Positions 40,693 to 51,500 of a DNA stretch of 64,000 nt are shown here, piece by piece. The translations under genes were made by a program, and so were the position numbers. The stretch covers positions 815 to 64,814 of the forward strand of contig JAKFXC010000058.1 in assembly GCA_021731625.1 (NCBI GenBank). Direction: 5' to 3'. The notes under the pieces are model-generated. The model saw nothing but the letters and a program-made list of their open reading frames with translations. It did no database searches and was not told the origin of the DNA. Origin of the DNA: Candidatus Omnitrophota bacterium (GTDB lineage: Bacteria > Omnitrophota > Gorgyraeia > Zapsychrales > Fredricksoniimonadaceae). Within the stretch, counting starts at the first letter, position 1, and every line of letters begins with the position of its first letter.

Positions 40693-41948
40693 TGGTTAAA
40701 TTTTTTTCCAACAAAGACAATTGGCCGTTTTTGCGTTTCGGCCTGGCCCAACTGGTGTCCCAGTTCGGAGACCGGGTGCATCAAATGGCGTTGGTGGGTT
40801 TGATTGCCTCGCGTTATCCCGGCTCTTCCTTCGAACTTGCCAAACTCCTGGCTTTTACCATCATCCCGGTTTTTATCATCGGGCCCATCGCCGGGGTGTA
40901 TGTCGACCGCTGGGACCGCAAGCGCACGCTGTTTATCTGCGATTTTCTGCGCGGGTTGCTGGTCCTTTCCATTGCTTTTTATTTCATGGATCTATCGTCG
41001 CTGTGGCCGCTGTACGGCATGGTGTTTTTGATTTTTACCTTAAGCCGTTTTTACGTGCCGGCCAAAATGTCTTTCATTCCCGAAATAGTCAAAGAGAAGG
41101 ATTTGCACATCGCGAACTCCTTAGTCACCGTCACCGGCATGGTGGCGCTGGTATTGGGCGCGCTCTTTGGCGGCATTTTGGTTGAGCATTTTGGCGCCCG
41201 CGGCGGTTTTGTTTGGGACGCGCTGACATTTTTTTTGTCCGGGATCTTGGTGTTTACCGTATTTACCACTTCTAAAACTTGGACCCTTAACCACACAAGG
41301 CTTTTGCGCACCAGCCGGGAAATGATGCAGACCCAGAAAAACATCTGGAGAGAGATCCTCGACGGCATCCATTACATCGGCAACCAAAGGCAAATCTTAT
41401 CTACGTTTGTTATGATGTCAGTGCTGTTTGCCGCGGCCGGGGCCGTGTATGTGGTCATCATTGTTTTTATCCAGCAGTCTTTTAACAGCGTGACCAAAGA
41501 TTTGGGCTTTCTGGCTGTGCCGCTGGGCGCGGGCTTGTTTTTAGGCAGTTTGAGTTACGGCAAGTGGGGAGGACGGCTTTCCAAATGGCACGCTATGTGC
41601 TGGGCCTTGGTCTTAGGCGGGATCATGGTGGCGGTCTTTGCCGCGACGGTGCACGCCACGCACGACCGTTCGCTGGCCGCGATCATGGCGTTTGCCTTAG
41701 GGTTTGTGGTCGGCCCGACGGTCATTGCCGCCAACACCGTCATCCACACCGTTTGCGTCGAGGAAATGCGCGGCAAGGTTTTTAGCGCCTTGGAGTTTGT
41801 CATGCATTTGGCGTTCTTGCTGGCCATGCTCATCAGCGCTTACGCGGCGGAAAAAGTCAACCGCGTCTGGATTTTGATAACGGTGGGTGTTATATTTTTG
41901 ATTGTGGGCGCGATCGGGTTAACCATGAAACGAAAAGAGTTTAAATGA
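40692..41948 (+). CDS. MFS transporter
   Basis: 12-TM pattern with GVYVDRWDRKRTL (MFS motif A-like). Confidence 0.7.
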   Translation: MVKFFSNKDNWPFLRFGLAQLVSQFGDRVHQMALVGLIASRYPGSSFELAKLLAFTIIPVFIIGPIAGVYVDRWDRKRTLFICDFLRGLLVLSIAFYFMDLSSLWPLYGMVFLIFTLSRFYVPAKMSFIPEIVKEKDLHIANSLVTVTGMVALVLGALFGGILVEHFGARGGFVWDALTFFLSGILVFTVFTTSKTWTLNHTRLLRTSREMMQTQKNIWREILDGIHYIGNQRQILSTFVMMSVLFAAAGAVYVVIIVFIQQSFNSVTKDLGFLAVPLGAGLFLGSLSYGKWGGRLSKWHAMCWALVLGGIMVAVFAATVHATHDRSLAAIMAFALGFVVGPTVIAANTVIHTVCVEEMRGKVFSALEFVMHLAFLLAMLISAYAAEKVNRVWILITVGVIFLIVGAIGLTMKRKEFK

Positions 41949-42520
41949 AATTTGCGGTGTTTGCTTCCGGGTATGGTGGGAACTTGCAGGCCTTAATCGA
42001 TGCGGTCAAGCGCAAGAAACTCAAGGCCCAGCTGGCGTTTGTTTTTAGCGACAAACCCGAGAGCATGGCCTTGACGCGGGCCCGCAAAGCTAAAATTCCA
42101 TCGCTGTTCCTGGATCCCAAAGGCTATGCCGGCCGGGAAGAGTTTGACTGGGCCGTGCTTAAGAGTCTAAAAGAGCGGAGCATTGATTTTATCGTTTTGG
42201 CCGGATACATGCGCCTTTTAAGCAAAGACTTTATTGACGCTTACAAGAATAAAATTCTCAATATCCATCCGTCGCTGCTGCCGGCCTTTAAAGGCACCTC
42301 GGCCATCCGTGATGCTTTCGACTACGGCGTTAAAGTCACCGGTGTGACCGTGCATCTGGTGACTTTAGACATGGATTCAGGCCCCATCCTGGCCCAAAGC
42401 GCCGTGTCGGTCATGCCCAAAGACACCCGGGCCACCCTCGAGGCCAGGATACACAAGGCCGAGCATCTGCTTTATCCTAAAATCGTTGATTTATTTGCCC
42501 GGGGGAAATTACCCCATTAA
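41945..42520 (+). CDS. purN: phosphoribosylglycinamide formyltransferase
   Basis: MKFAVFASGYGGNLQALID...NIHPSLLPAFKG. Confidence 0.85.
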   Translation: MKFAVFASGYGGNLQALIDAVKRKKLKAQLAFVFSDKPESMALTRARKAKIPSLFLDPKGYAGREEFDWAVLKSLKERSIDFIVLAGYMRLLSKDFIDAYKNKILNIHPSLLPAFKGTSAIRDAFDYGVKVTGVTVHLVTLDMDSGPILAQSAVSVMPKDTRATLEARIHKAEHLLYPKIVDLFARGKLPH

Positions 42521-43635
42521 TTGGCGGGTTCTGTGGTCTTTTCTTTGGCGTCGGTCTGAGCGGCGGGTTTTTCTTCCGGCATTAATTTCACATTGCCTTT
42601 GTCGAAGCGGATGCGGATCAATTTGCCTTGCGGCTTCGTGCGTTCCTCATCGACATCCTCACTGAAACTTTCCAGTTGGTTCTTCTCAAAGATGTACTTC
42701 ACATTTTGCCGAGGCGGGGACAGGGGCCGTAAGTTGTTCAGCTGCACCGTGGTAAAATCCTTGAAGTCATAATAGCGCAGGGTGTCGGCGATGATCCCCA
42801 CGATGGTGTTGTCAAAATCATTCGGCGGCTCGAAATCGCTGTGTTGGAACTTGAAATTGATGCGGTTGACGATCTGTTTGGCTAGAAAATCCGGCATCTC
42901 GACGTTGGTGTAGGTAATGTGGGTGCCCGTCTCGTCGCCAATAAAGTCCTGCCCGCCCTTGGTGTCGGCCAGAAATCTCTTCATATATTCTTCGTAAGGC
43001 AAATCTCCGGTCATATAGCGCTTAAAATCCTCCAGGTACAGCGTGGCCCGCATTTCAATGCCTTTTTTGATGTCGGTGATGATGATCACAAAAAACAACG
43101 GCTGGGTGCTGGCTTCCTTGACCTCGACGTTGAAAAATACGTCGCTGATGGCGGTGTACAAATTGTTTTGCTGTTTGACGTAGCTGTCGGTGTAGGAGCT
43201 GTTGTAGCCATAATCTTCTTTTTTGGCTTTGGTGCGGGGGACGATGTCGTATTCAAACAGGAAGCGGCCGGCTTTATAACTGCCGTCGGCAAACTGCACC
43301 GCAAATTTGGACGGCTTTTTATTGGCATCGGCGCTGTTGGCTTTTTGGGCCTCGTAGTCGAAGATGGGTTCCTGGGTGGGCAGGTAAATGTAGAGGGTGT
43401 GCCCGACCATGCGGGTTTTGACATGCATGTCAAACTCGTCGCGGCATTTTTTTTCGAATTTCTTCTGGGCCTCGGTCAGAGGGATCTTGGGCGCGGGCTT
43501 CTCCTGCGAGCAGCCGCCGGCGGCGAAAACACCGGCGAGCACCAGAAGAAGGACAGCGTGGGCAAATTTAGACAATCGGAGGCCGGGTAAGGGGTTTGAG
43601 TCCGAATTTTTGGAAAATCGCTTCAATTTCATCAT
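42517..43635 (-). CDS. hypothetical lipoprotein
   Basis: VLLLVLAGVFAAGGCSQ lipobox. The start is uncertain (the track ORF extends to 43671). Convergent with purN. Confidence 0.4.
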   Translation of the reverse strand: MMKLKRFSKNSDSNPLPGLRLSKFAHAVLLLVLAGVFAAGGCSQEKPAPKIPLTEAQKKFEKKCRDEFDMHVKTRMVGHTLYIYLPTQEPIFDYEAQKANSADANKKPSKFAVQFADGSYKAGRFLFEYDIVPRTKAKKEDYGYNSSYTDSYVKQQNNLYTAISDVFFNVEVKEASTQPLFFVIIITDIKKGIEMRATLYLEDFKRYMTGDLPYEEYMKRFLADTKGGQDFIGDETGTHITYTNVEMPDFLAKQIVNRINFKFQHSDFEPPNDFDNTIVGIIADTLRYYDFKDFTTVQLNNLRPLSPPRQNVKYIFEKNQLESFSEDVDEERTKPQGKLIRIRFDKGNVKLMPEEKPAAQTDAKEKTTEPAN

Positions 43636-45259
43636 ATTCCAATTCTTCTTTTTTAAATAATTCCTGGGCAAAATAATCCAAGAGTTCTCTTTGTTCCAGG
43701 AGGATTTTTTCCACGTCCTTAATGCAGACCTGCAGGATTTGCTGCACGTCCTTGTCCAAAAGCTCTTTGGTCTTCTCCGAGATGGGTTGGTCGCCGTACC
43801 AGCGGCTGCCGGAATAGTAAAGGAAATCGCCGATCAAACCGGATTCGCCCATGCCGTAACTGCGCACCATGTAACTGGCCACCCGGATGGCGGTAAAGAA
43901 ATCAGCCCCCGGTCCGCCGCCAACACCGGCGGAGGTGAAGCCGAATTTGATCCGTTCGGCCACATAGGCGGCTACGCTGAGCTTAATGTCGGCCATCAGA
44001 TCGTCACGGGTCGAGGAATACCATTCTTCCTGCGGCCGGTGCGCGACCATGCCCAGCATGCCTTTGCGGGGGATGATGGTGGCTTTGATGACGTCGTCGG
44101 TGGGGTGCAGCAAATAGCCGATGATGGCATGGCCGGCTTCGTGGTACGCGGTCCACAGCCGTTCCTTTTCATTCATTTTGATGTTGGACTTCATGCCGAA
44201 GGCAATGCGGTCGTAAGCCTCGGAGAGGTCTTTCATGCTGATCTCATCGCGGCTGGCGCGCAGGGCAATCAAACTGGCTTCGCGCACCATGTAGTCAATG
44301 TCCGCCGGCGAGAACCACAGGGTCCGGCGGGCCAGCACGGAAGAATTCACCCCATCCGGGACGGTCTTAATTTTTTTGAGGTAAAAATCAAAAAGGTCTT
44401 TGCGTTCTTTCAAGTTGGGGCGGGAGACGTAAATTTTGCGCTCAAAACGGCCGGCCCGCATGATGGCCTCGTCCATGTCCTTCTCATCGACGTTGGTGGC
44501 GGCAATGACGATGATATTGTTCTCAGCTTTCCGCAAGCCGTCGAGTTCGGTCAAAAATTGGTTGATGGTGGCGTTGTTGCTGGTGGTGCCGCCAAAGCCC
44601 ATGTCCGCGGCCCGCGGCCGGGCAAAGGAATCGATTTCGTCGATGAAAATGATGCAGCCGCCTTCCAAACTGGCTAAGGCCCGGGCTTGTTTAAAGAGGG
44701 ACTTCATGCGCGCGGCGCCTTGGCCCACGAACATACCGACGAACTCCGAACCGACCGAGGAGAGGAACGGTAGGCCAGCCTCGGTGGCGATGGCCTTGGC
44801 CAAATAGGTCTTGCCGCATCCCGGGGGGCCGATCATGATGGTGCCCTTAACGATCTTGCCGCCGATTGCTTTGATCATGGTGCGGTCTTTGAGCAATTTG
44901 ACCAATTCCCAGGCCTCGCGTTTGGGTTCATCCATGCCGATAACTTCATCCATCTTGACATTGACTTTGATTTTCTTTAAGTCCAGGGTGCCCATTTTGC
45001 CGACGGCGCCGCCGGACATCAGCCAATAATAAAACCCGAAGGAAAGCGGGACCTGGATCAAGGTGACAAAGATAAACATGATGAGACTTTGCCCCATTTG
45101 GGCAGAGATATTGCGGCGAGAGAACGATTCCAATTGCTCGTAGTTGGCGTTGCCGATAATCATGAAGCTGATCATCCAGCCGACCATCACCACTGAAATC
45201 GAAATTAGGATGAGGCGGATCCAATACAACCTTATGAAAACAATCAATTTACGAAACAT
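43568..45259 (-). CDS. FtsH-family AAA+ zinc metalloprotease (compact paralog)
   Basis: Two N-terminal TM helices; Walker A IGPPGCGKTYLAKA; SRH; M41 HEAGHAIIGYLL. Confidence 0.7.
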   Translation of the reverse strand: MFRKLIVFIRLYWIRLILISISVVMVGWMISFMIIGNANYEQLESFSRRNISAQMGQSLIMFIFVTLIQVPLSFGFYYWLMSGGAVGKMGTLDLKKIKVNVKMDEVIGMDEPKREAWELVKLLKDRTMIKAIGGKIVKGTIMIGPPGCGKTYLAKAIATEAGLPFLSSVGSEFVGMFVGQGAARMKSLFKQARALASLEGGCIIFIDEIDSFARPRAADMGFGGTTSNNATINQFLTELDGLRKAENNIIVIAATNVDEKDMDEAIMRAGRFERKIYVSRPNLKERKDLFDFYLKKIKTVPDGVNSSVLARRTLWFSPADIDYMVREASLIALRASRDEISMKDLSEAYDRIAFGMKSNIKMNEKERLWTAYHEAGHAIIGYLLHPTDDVIKATIIPRKGMLGMVAHRPQEEWYSSTRDDLMADIKLSVAAYVAERIKFGFTSAGVGGGPGADFFTAIRVASYMVRSYGMGESGLIGDFLYYSGSRWYGDQPISEKTKELLDKDVQQILQVCIKDVEKILLEQRELLDYFAQELFKKEELEYDEIEAIFQKFGLKPLTRPPIV

Positions 45260-45385
45260 AACCGTCCTTTGGTTAAAGCCATTATTCTATAGAAGAAAGG
45301 TAACATAGGCAAACGCAATAGTCAAATGCCCTGGCATAATCTTGACGCTCCCGGCAAACTATGTTATCTTACCGCTCTACATTAA

Positions 45386-46681
<1,296 letters not shown>

Positions 46682-46691
46682 GAGATCACAA

Positions 46692-47204
46692 ATGAGAAAC
46701 GCCATTTGGCTGTTTATCCTGACGGTCGGCATTTTGGCGGTGTTTATCCCGTCGTACAGCAAGATGCAGGATTTGCGGGCCAAGAACAATGAGTACGCCC
46801 AGCGCATTGAATCGCTGCGGAAGCGCAATGTGTTCCTGGAGCAGGAGCGTTACCTTCTGAAAACCGATCCCTTTTATTTGGAGAAAGTTGCGCGCCAGAA
46901 AATGGGCTTGATCCGGGATGGCGAGAAGGTGTATCACATGGTGCCGGAGGGGACGGTGGTAGCGAATGTCCCGGTGCCTGCGGTTCCGATGGTCCCGGGG
47001 GCGATGACAGCACCAAAGCCGGCTGTTGTGGCGGCTCCTGTACCGGCTGCCCCGGTGAAGAAAGTAACAGCGACCAAGACTCCTGCCACTAAAACAGTTG
47101 TGAAGAAGCAGAAGACCAAGAAAGCCCGGCCTGAGCGAAAGCCAAAGTCAAAGCCGAAACCAAAACCAAAACCAAAACCAAAACCAAAAGTCGCCACATC
47201 ATAG
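46692..47204 (+). CDS. FtsB/DivIC-like cell-division protein with a Pro/Lys-rich (KP)n C-terminal tail
   Basis: TM helix plus coiled coil (LRAKNNEYAQRIESLRKRNVFLEQE), the eno-ftsB arrangement, and a KPKPKPKPKPKPK tail. Confidence 0.5.
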   Translation: MRNAIWLFILTVGILAVFIPSYSKMQDLRAKNNEYAQRIESLRKRNVFLEQERYLLKTDPFYLEKVARQKMGLIRDGEKVYHMVPEGTVVANVPVPAVPMVPGAMTAPKPAVVAAPVPAAPVKKVTATKTPATKTVVKKQKTKKARPERKPKSKPKPKPKPKPKPKVATS

Positions 47205-47283
47205 ATTTCCGTTGCGGATTTTGGGCTTTATGTCATACTAATTGCCTGGAATTTCAAGAGGGCGGTTAATTTAAGAAGATATA

Positions 47284-47330
47284 GCGGGGCAGCCAAAAAT
47301 GCTTTTTATTTTTGGCAGTCCCGCGTTTTC
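47284..47330 (+). terminator. long imperfect hairpin plus T-run (terminator after the ftsB-like gene)
   Basis: GCGGGGCAGCCAAAAAT, loop gcttttt, ATTTTTGGCAGTCCCGC, then GTTTTC. Confidence 0.5.
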
Positions 47331-47360
47331 TACAAAGGTTTATAGAACAACAAGAGATAA

Positions 47361-47664
47361 CGCGGGGTGGAGCAGCCCGGTAGCTCGCTAGGCTCAATAT
47401 GGGCGACCGATTGAGAAATCAATCGGCAGATGACCTGTCAAATTCGGGGGAGCCCGCAAAGGTAATCCCGAGCCAAGTCCGCCGAAGTTCCGATTTATCG
47501 GAACGAAGGTGGAAAGGTGTAGAGACTAGATGGCAGGTACCCGACCTGAAAAGGTGGGTAAAGGTATAGTCCAGACCACAAATCTCGTCGGAAAATGAGA
47601 GCGGCGAAAGCCGTAGCTGGTACGCATAACCTAGAGGTCGCAGGTTCAAATCCTGTCCCCGCAA
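47361..47664 (+). tRNA. initiator tRNA-fMet(CAU) interrupted by a group I intron (exons 47361..47394 and 47625..47664)
   Basis: The spliced sequence CGCGGGGTGGAGCAGCCCGGTAGCTCGCTAGGCT|CATAACCTAGAGGTCGCAGGTTCAAATCCTGTCCCCGCAACC is near-identical to E. coli tRNA-fMet, including the C1xA72 mismatch. Confidence 0.85.
47395..47624 (+). ncRNA. group I self-splicing intron (230 nt) inserted 5' of the anticodon between U33 and C34
   Basis: The 5' exon ends in U and the intron ends in G. The conserved core segments CCCGAGCCAAGUCCGCCGAAG and GGUGUAGAGACUAGAUGGCAGGUACCC...GGGUAAAGGUAUAGUCCAG resemble the cyanobacterial tRNA and Tetrahymena group I cores (GCCAAGUCC; AGACUA). Confidence 0.8.
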
Positions 47665-47876
47665 CCCGTGCAGATTAGGACGTTGTCCGAAAGGATAGCG
47701 TCCTTTTCTGTTTACTGGGTATTTAGTGTTTTAAATTTGACTTTATAAAATAAATATGCAAAATAATTAAAGAAGCATTTCTCTCGTTCCACTCCCGCCG
47801 CTTCTACTCCGTGTCTTTCTTTGTAAATCCTTTTGATGCGACATAACCTTGATAGTATCGTGATTGATTTTTTGGA

Positions 47877-48338
47877 ATGGATACAAAACTCAAAGCTGAT
47901 ATAGCTGAATCAGCAGTAACTACTGAACTATTAAGCAGAGGGTTTAATGTTCTTAAGCCCATTGGTGATCGACTATGTTACGATCTAGCTATTGACATAA
48001 AAGGAAAATTAACGCGTATTCAAGTTAAACATGCTTGGTTCAATTATCGAGATAAAGCATATTTGGTAGATGTTAGAAGAACAAATACTAATAGACGACG
48101 GATGCTAAGAAAAAGATATTGCAATGAAGATTTTGAATTTGCAATTATTTATTTAGACGCCAAGGTTTATTATGTCATGCCCGCATGTATTTTTAATTCT
48201 TTTGGCAGCAACATTTCTTTTGTGGAAGATTCAAAAAGACAAAGACTTCCAAAATCTGTCAATTATCGCGAAAGATGGGATTTATTGAGTGAGTCAGTTT
48301 TTAATGTTACGGAAGGACCATGCCGCACACATGGATAA
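47877..48338 (+). CDS. small AT-rich ORF with a PD-(D/E)xK nuclease-like motif
   Basis: E...D(x)n...CYDLAIDIKGKLTRIQVKH (D..DxK..Q.K pattern). GC content is visibly much lower than the surrounding genes. Immediately downstream of the tRNA. Confidence 0.35.
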   Translation: MDTKLKADIAESAVTTELLSRGFNVLKPIGDRLCYDLAIDIKGKLTRIQVKHAWFNYRDKAYLVDVRRTNTNRRRMLRKRYCNEDFEFAIIYLDAKVYYVMPACIFNSFGSNISFVEDSKRQRLPKSVNYRERWDLLSESVFNVTEGPCRTHG

Positions 48339-48508
48339 CAGTTTGTACCGGAGACGTGGGTGACACAATCTCCGGTGCGATGAACGAGGCCGCCCAGACC
48401 CAGCCAAATGGCGGGGTCTTCTAAGAGCCGCACATAGCCCCACATAGCCTTGAATAGCATCTAAATATAGTGCATACTCTATACTGTATCCGTAAACTCA
48501 TCACACGT

Positions 48509-51500
48509 ATGCGCACTGACTTTAAAAGCCTCCTTTTTTCCAGAACCCTATGCCTTGGATTATGCCTTTTAATAGCCATAGGCCAAGGGCCGGTCTATGC
48601 CCAGACTTTGTTTATCAACAGTCTGCCTCCCCCGGGGGACATGCTATCTTTGTCAGCAGACTTTACGCCTGTGGTACTTAGAGGTGTGGTGGTTCATCCT
48701 GACAAACCGTTGAATTTTGATTTCGTTATCGACGCGGGTAATCATACGACTGATCCAAAGATTCTCAGGACCGAAGGCGAGCGCATGGTTAAGTATTTTT
48801 TGGCGGCGTTAACCGTACCCTCCAAGGATTTATGGGTCAACTTATCACCTTATGAGCATGAGCGCATTATTTCTAAGGAGCTTGGTGACACTGAGCTTGG
48901 TCGAGACATGTTGGCGCAGGATTATGTGCTTAAGCAGCTGACCGCCTCGCTTATTTATCCTGAGAGAGGTTTGGGTAAGAAGTTTTGGGACAAGGTATAT
49001 GATCAGGCAAGAACAAGGTATGGCGTCACCAATATTCCCATGCAAACATTTAACAAAGTTTGGATTACTCCAGCCTCCGCTGAGATCTATGAAAAAGATA
49101 ATACGGTCTATGTGACTAAGGCAAGGCTCAAGGTCAAGTTGGATGAGGATTTCCGGTCGTTGACAAGAAATAAAATAAACACAACAGGAGCTCACGCTTT
49201 AACTCCCCAAGTCTTAAGACAAGTTATCATTCCCGCTCTTGAAAAAGAAGTCAACGAGGGAAAGAATTTCGCCTCGTTGCGTCAGATTTACCATGCCACT
49301 ATTTTGGCCAAATGGTATCGTCAAGCCATCACAAAATCCCTGCTTTCTCGTTTTTATATCGACAAGAATAAGATCAAGGGCATTGACCTCGATGATAAGA
49401 CGATCAAGGAGCAAATTTACGAACGTTATATAAGGGCTTATAAAAAAGGGGTCTTTAATTATATTAAAGAAACTCCCATGCCCAATGGCCAACTGGCACC
49501 AAGAAAATATTTTTCAGGCGGAATCTCTCAACTTGATCAAATTCCATTTGATCATGCACAAACAGTGGAGATTCCTACTCAACCTCATTTTGTTATGAAT
49601 GTGGAATTAGATGCACCTGCCATTGCAAACCCAGCCATGACCCCCGATCTTAATTTTGCTATGACTTCTTTTTGGGATGATTTCGCATTGGATCGACCCG
49701 TCGACTCGTTGGTCCAGGGAATTCTTTATATGGAGAGTCGGCTGATACCCGGTCCTCATTATGAAATGGAGTGGGGAATGCGGCAAAGGATCATCGACGC
49801 ACTTGGTATTTTGAATCAAAGGCTGAAAAAGAAAGGAGGGAAGAGAACAGTAGATTTTTTGAAGGCCCTTCTTCGGGAAAATAGTCCCGTTTATGAGAAG
49901 AACCCCGATGTCCAAGAAACGATCGGCCGTGTATTGGTGTTTCTCGACCAAGAGGCGGGAAAGCAAGTAACTGAGGACCATCGTTTATTGAAGGAGGCTC
50001 TGCAGATCATTTACCCTAACCTGCCCAAGAAGAGTATAGATCAGATCTACGGCAATCTAGAACGCGAGGACAGTCAGGTTTCAGAGAACGATATGAAGAT
50101 ATATACTCTCTTTAAAAATCGGAAATCGGATTTGCTTTTACGTAATCAATTTGTTTTGGACAGAATTTTTTCTTTACCTGGTGAGGAATTGGAAAACTTA
50201 ATCAAAAATTTTAAGGAGATTGACAGTCTGTTTGCGCACAGCGGTCTTGTGGATCCTTTGGGAGAGTATGTGCAGCTGGCGTATTTAATGGAAATGATTT
50301 TGCCTGATGTTGCGGTCAACTATCTGAAAGGTTTATATTTCAAAAATGGTGGAATAAAGGTTGTGATGAGATTTTTGGACAGCAAGAGGTCCTTTTTGCT
50401 CAATGATGGAGCATGGATGGAACTTAGAAAGCTGCTGAGAAAGATGAAAGAACTTAACGGTAAAAGCCGAACCTATAAGCTGGATACGAATTTCTATAAA
50501 ATGTTGAATTTAGCTTCTGCATTTTTGGACCTGGGAGGACCGGAAAAATTAAGCGCTGCTTTAGAATCGGTTGTCCCTTCAAAGAATCAAATAGACGTAG
50601 CTAAACAAATGGAAAGTATACTGCTCAAACAAATGGCTGAATTTTTGAACATCACATCAATTTCTATAAAACCGAATATCCAGGAAAAACTCTACATGCC
50701 ATATTTGTCGAGGATCCGGGTTGCCCTAAAGTATATAAAGGATGAAAAACCTTGGAAGCTCGACAGATTTAAGGCTTTGATTAGAGCCACGTTAGAAGAT
50801 CGCTTTTGGAATTTTATTGAAGACGAGAGTCAATCTGATGAAGAAGGAGCAGAGATTGCCCAGCATAACAAAGGCGTCCGGAAGGCTTTAGCGAAGGTGG
50901 GTATCAATGTGGACCGTTGGCTGGGCAAACAATTGGAGTCCAGGTTACCGGAGGAGAGGTTTACCTTTGGCCAGAATTCATTTATCATCCGGCCTATATT
51001 CCGCAGACCTGGTTATGATGTCTTTCTAGGGGATTTTACAAATTGTTCGGTAGGTATGAGTTCCAATCAGTATCCGGACGGGATGATGGAAAGGCTCATC
51101 GATGAGGGACTCAATACAATTGAAGTTATTGATGAAAGCACACAGAAACCTACGGCTGCAGCTTGGTTATTTGTTGCCGAGGATGGGAGTGTTGTCATTC
51201 AAAATTTGGAAGCCAATACCAATTATGAAAGTGATCCATCGTTAAAGAATTATCTAGGTGAGCAAATGGTGGCTTATACGATGAAATTCGCGAATCATGT
51301 AGGTACGAACCTCCTCCTAATAGGAGATGCGGTACACGGAAAATACTGGGAACAACGTGGGAAAGCCGGGTTTGTCATTGACCATTACGGCAAGAACAAA
51401 GTTAAGTTTGGCTTGGAGAAAATAGGCGGCTATCTTGGAGAGAAATATTACCTTACATCAGCCGGAGAGGAATATGCTTATCTCGTTACTGATTTTGCCA

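Noticed and set aside
47150-47195. Hexanucleotide-like repeat (aaaacc/aaagcc)n that might be called a microsatellite or a CRISPR-like array.
   Set aside because: It is the coding sequence of the (KP)n tail of the FtsB-like protein. There are no spacers and no cas genes. No CRISPR array was seen anywhere in the window.
47877-48338. Considered calling the AT-rich ORF after the intron-bearing tRNA a group I intron homing endonuclease.
   Set aside because: It lies outside the intron, about 210 nt downstream of the tRNA, and has a PD-(D/E)xK-like rather than LAGLIDADG/GIY-YIG/HNH pattern. It was kept as a nuclease-fold hypothetical.
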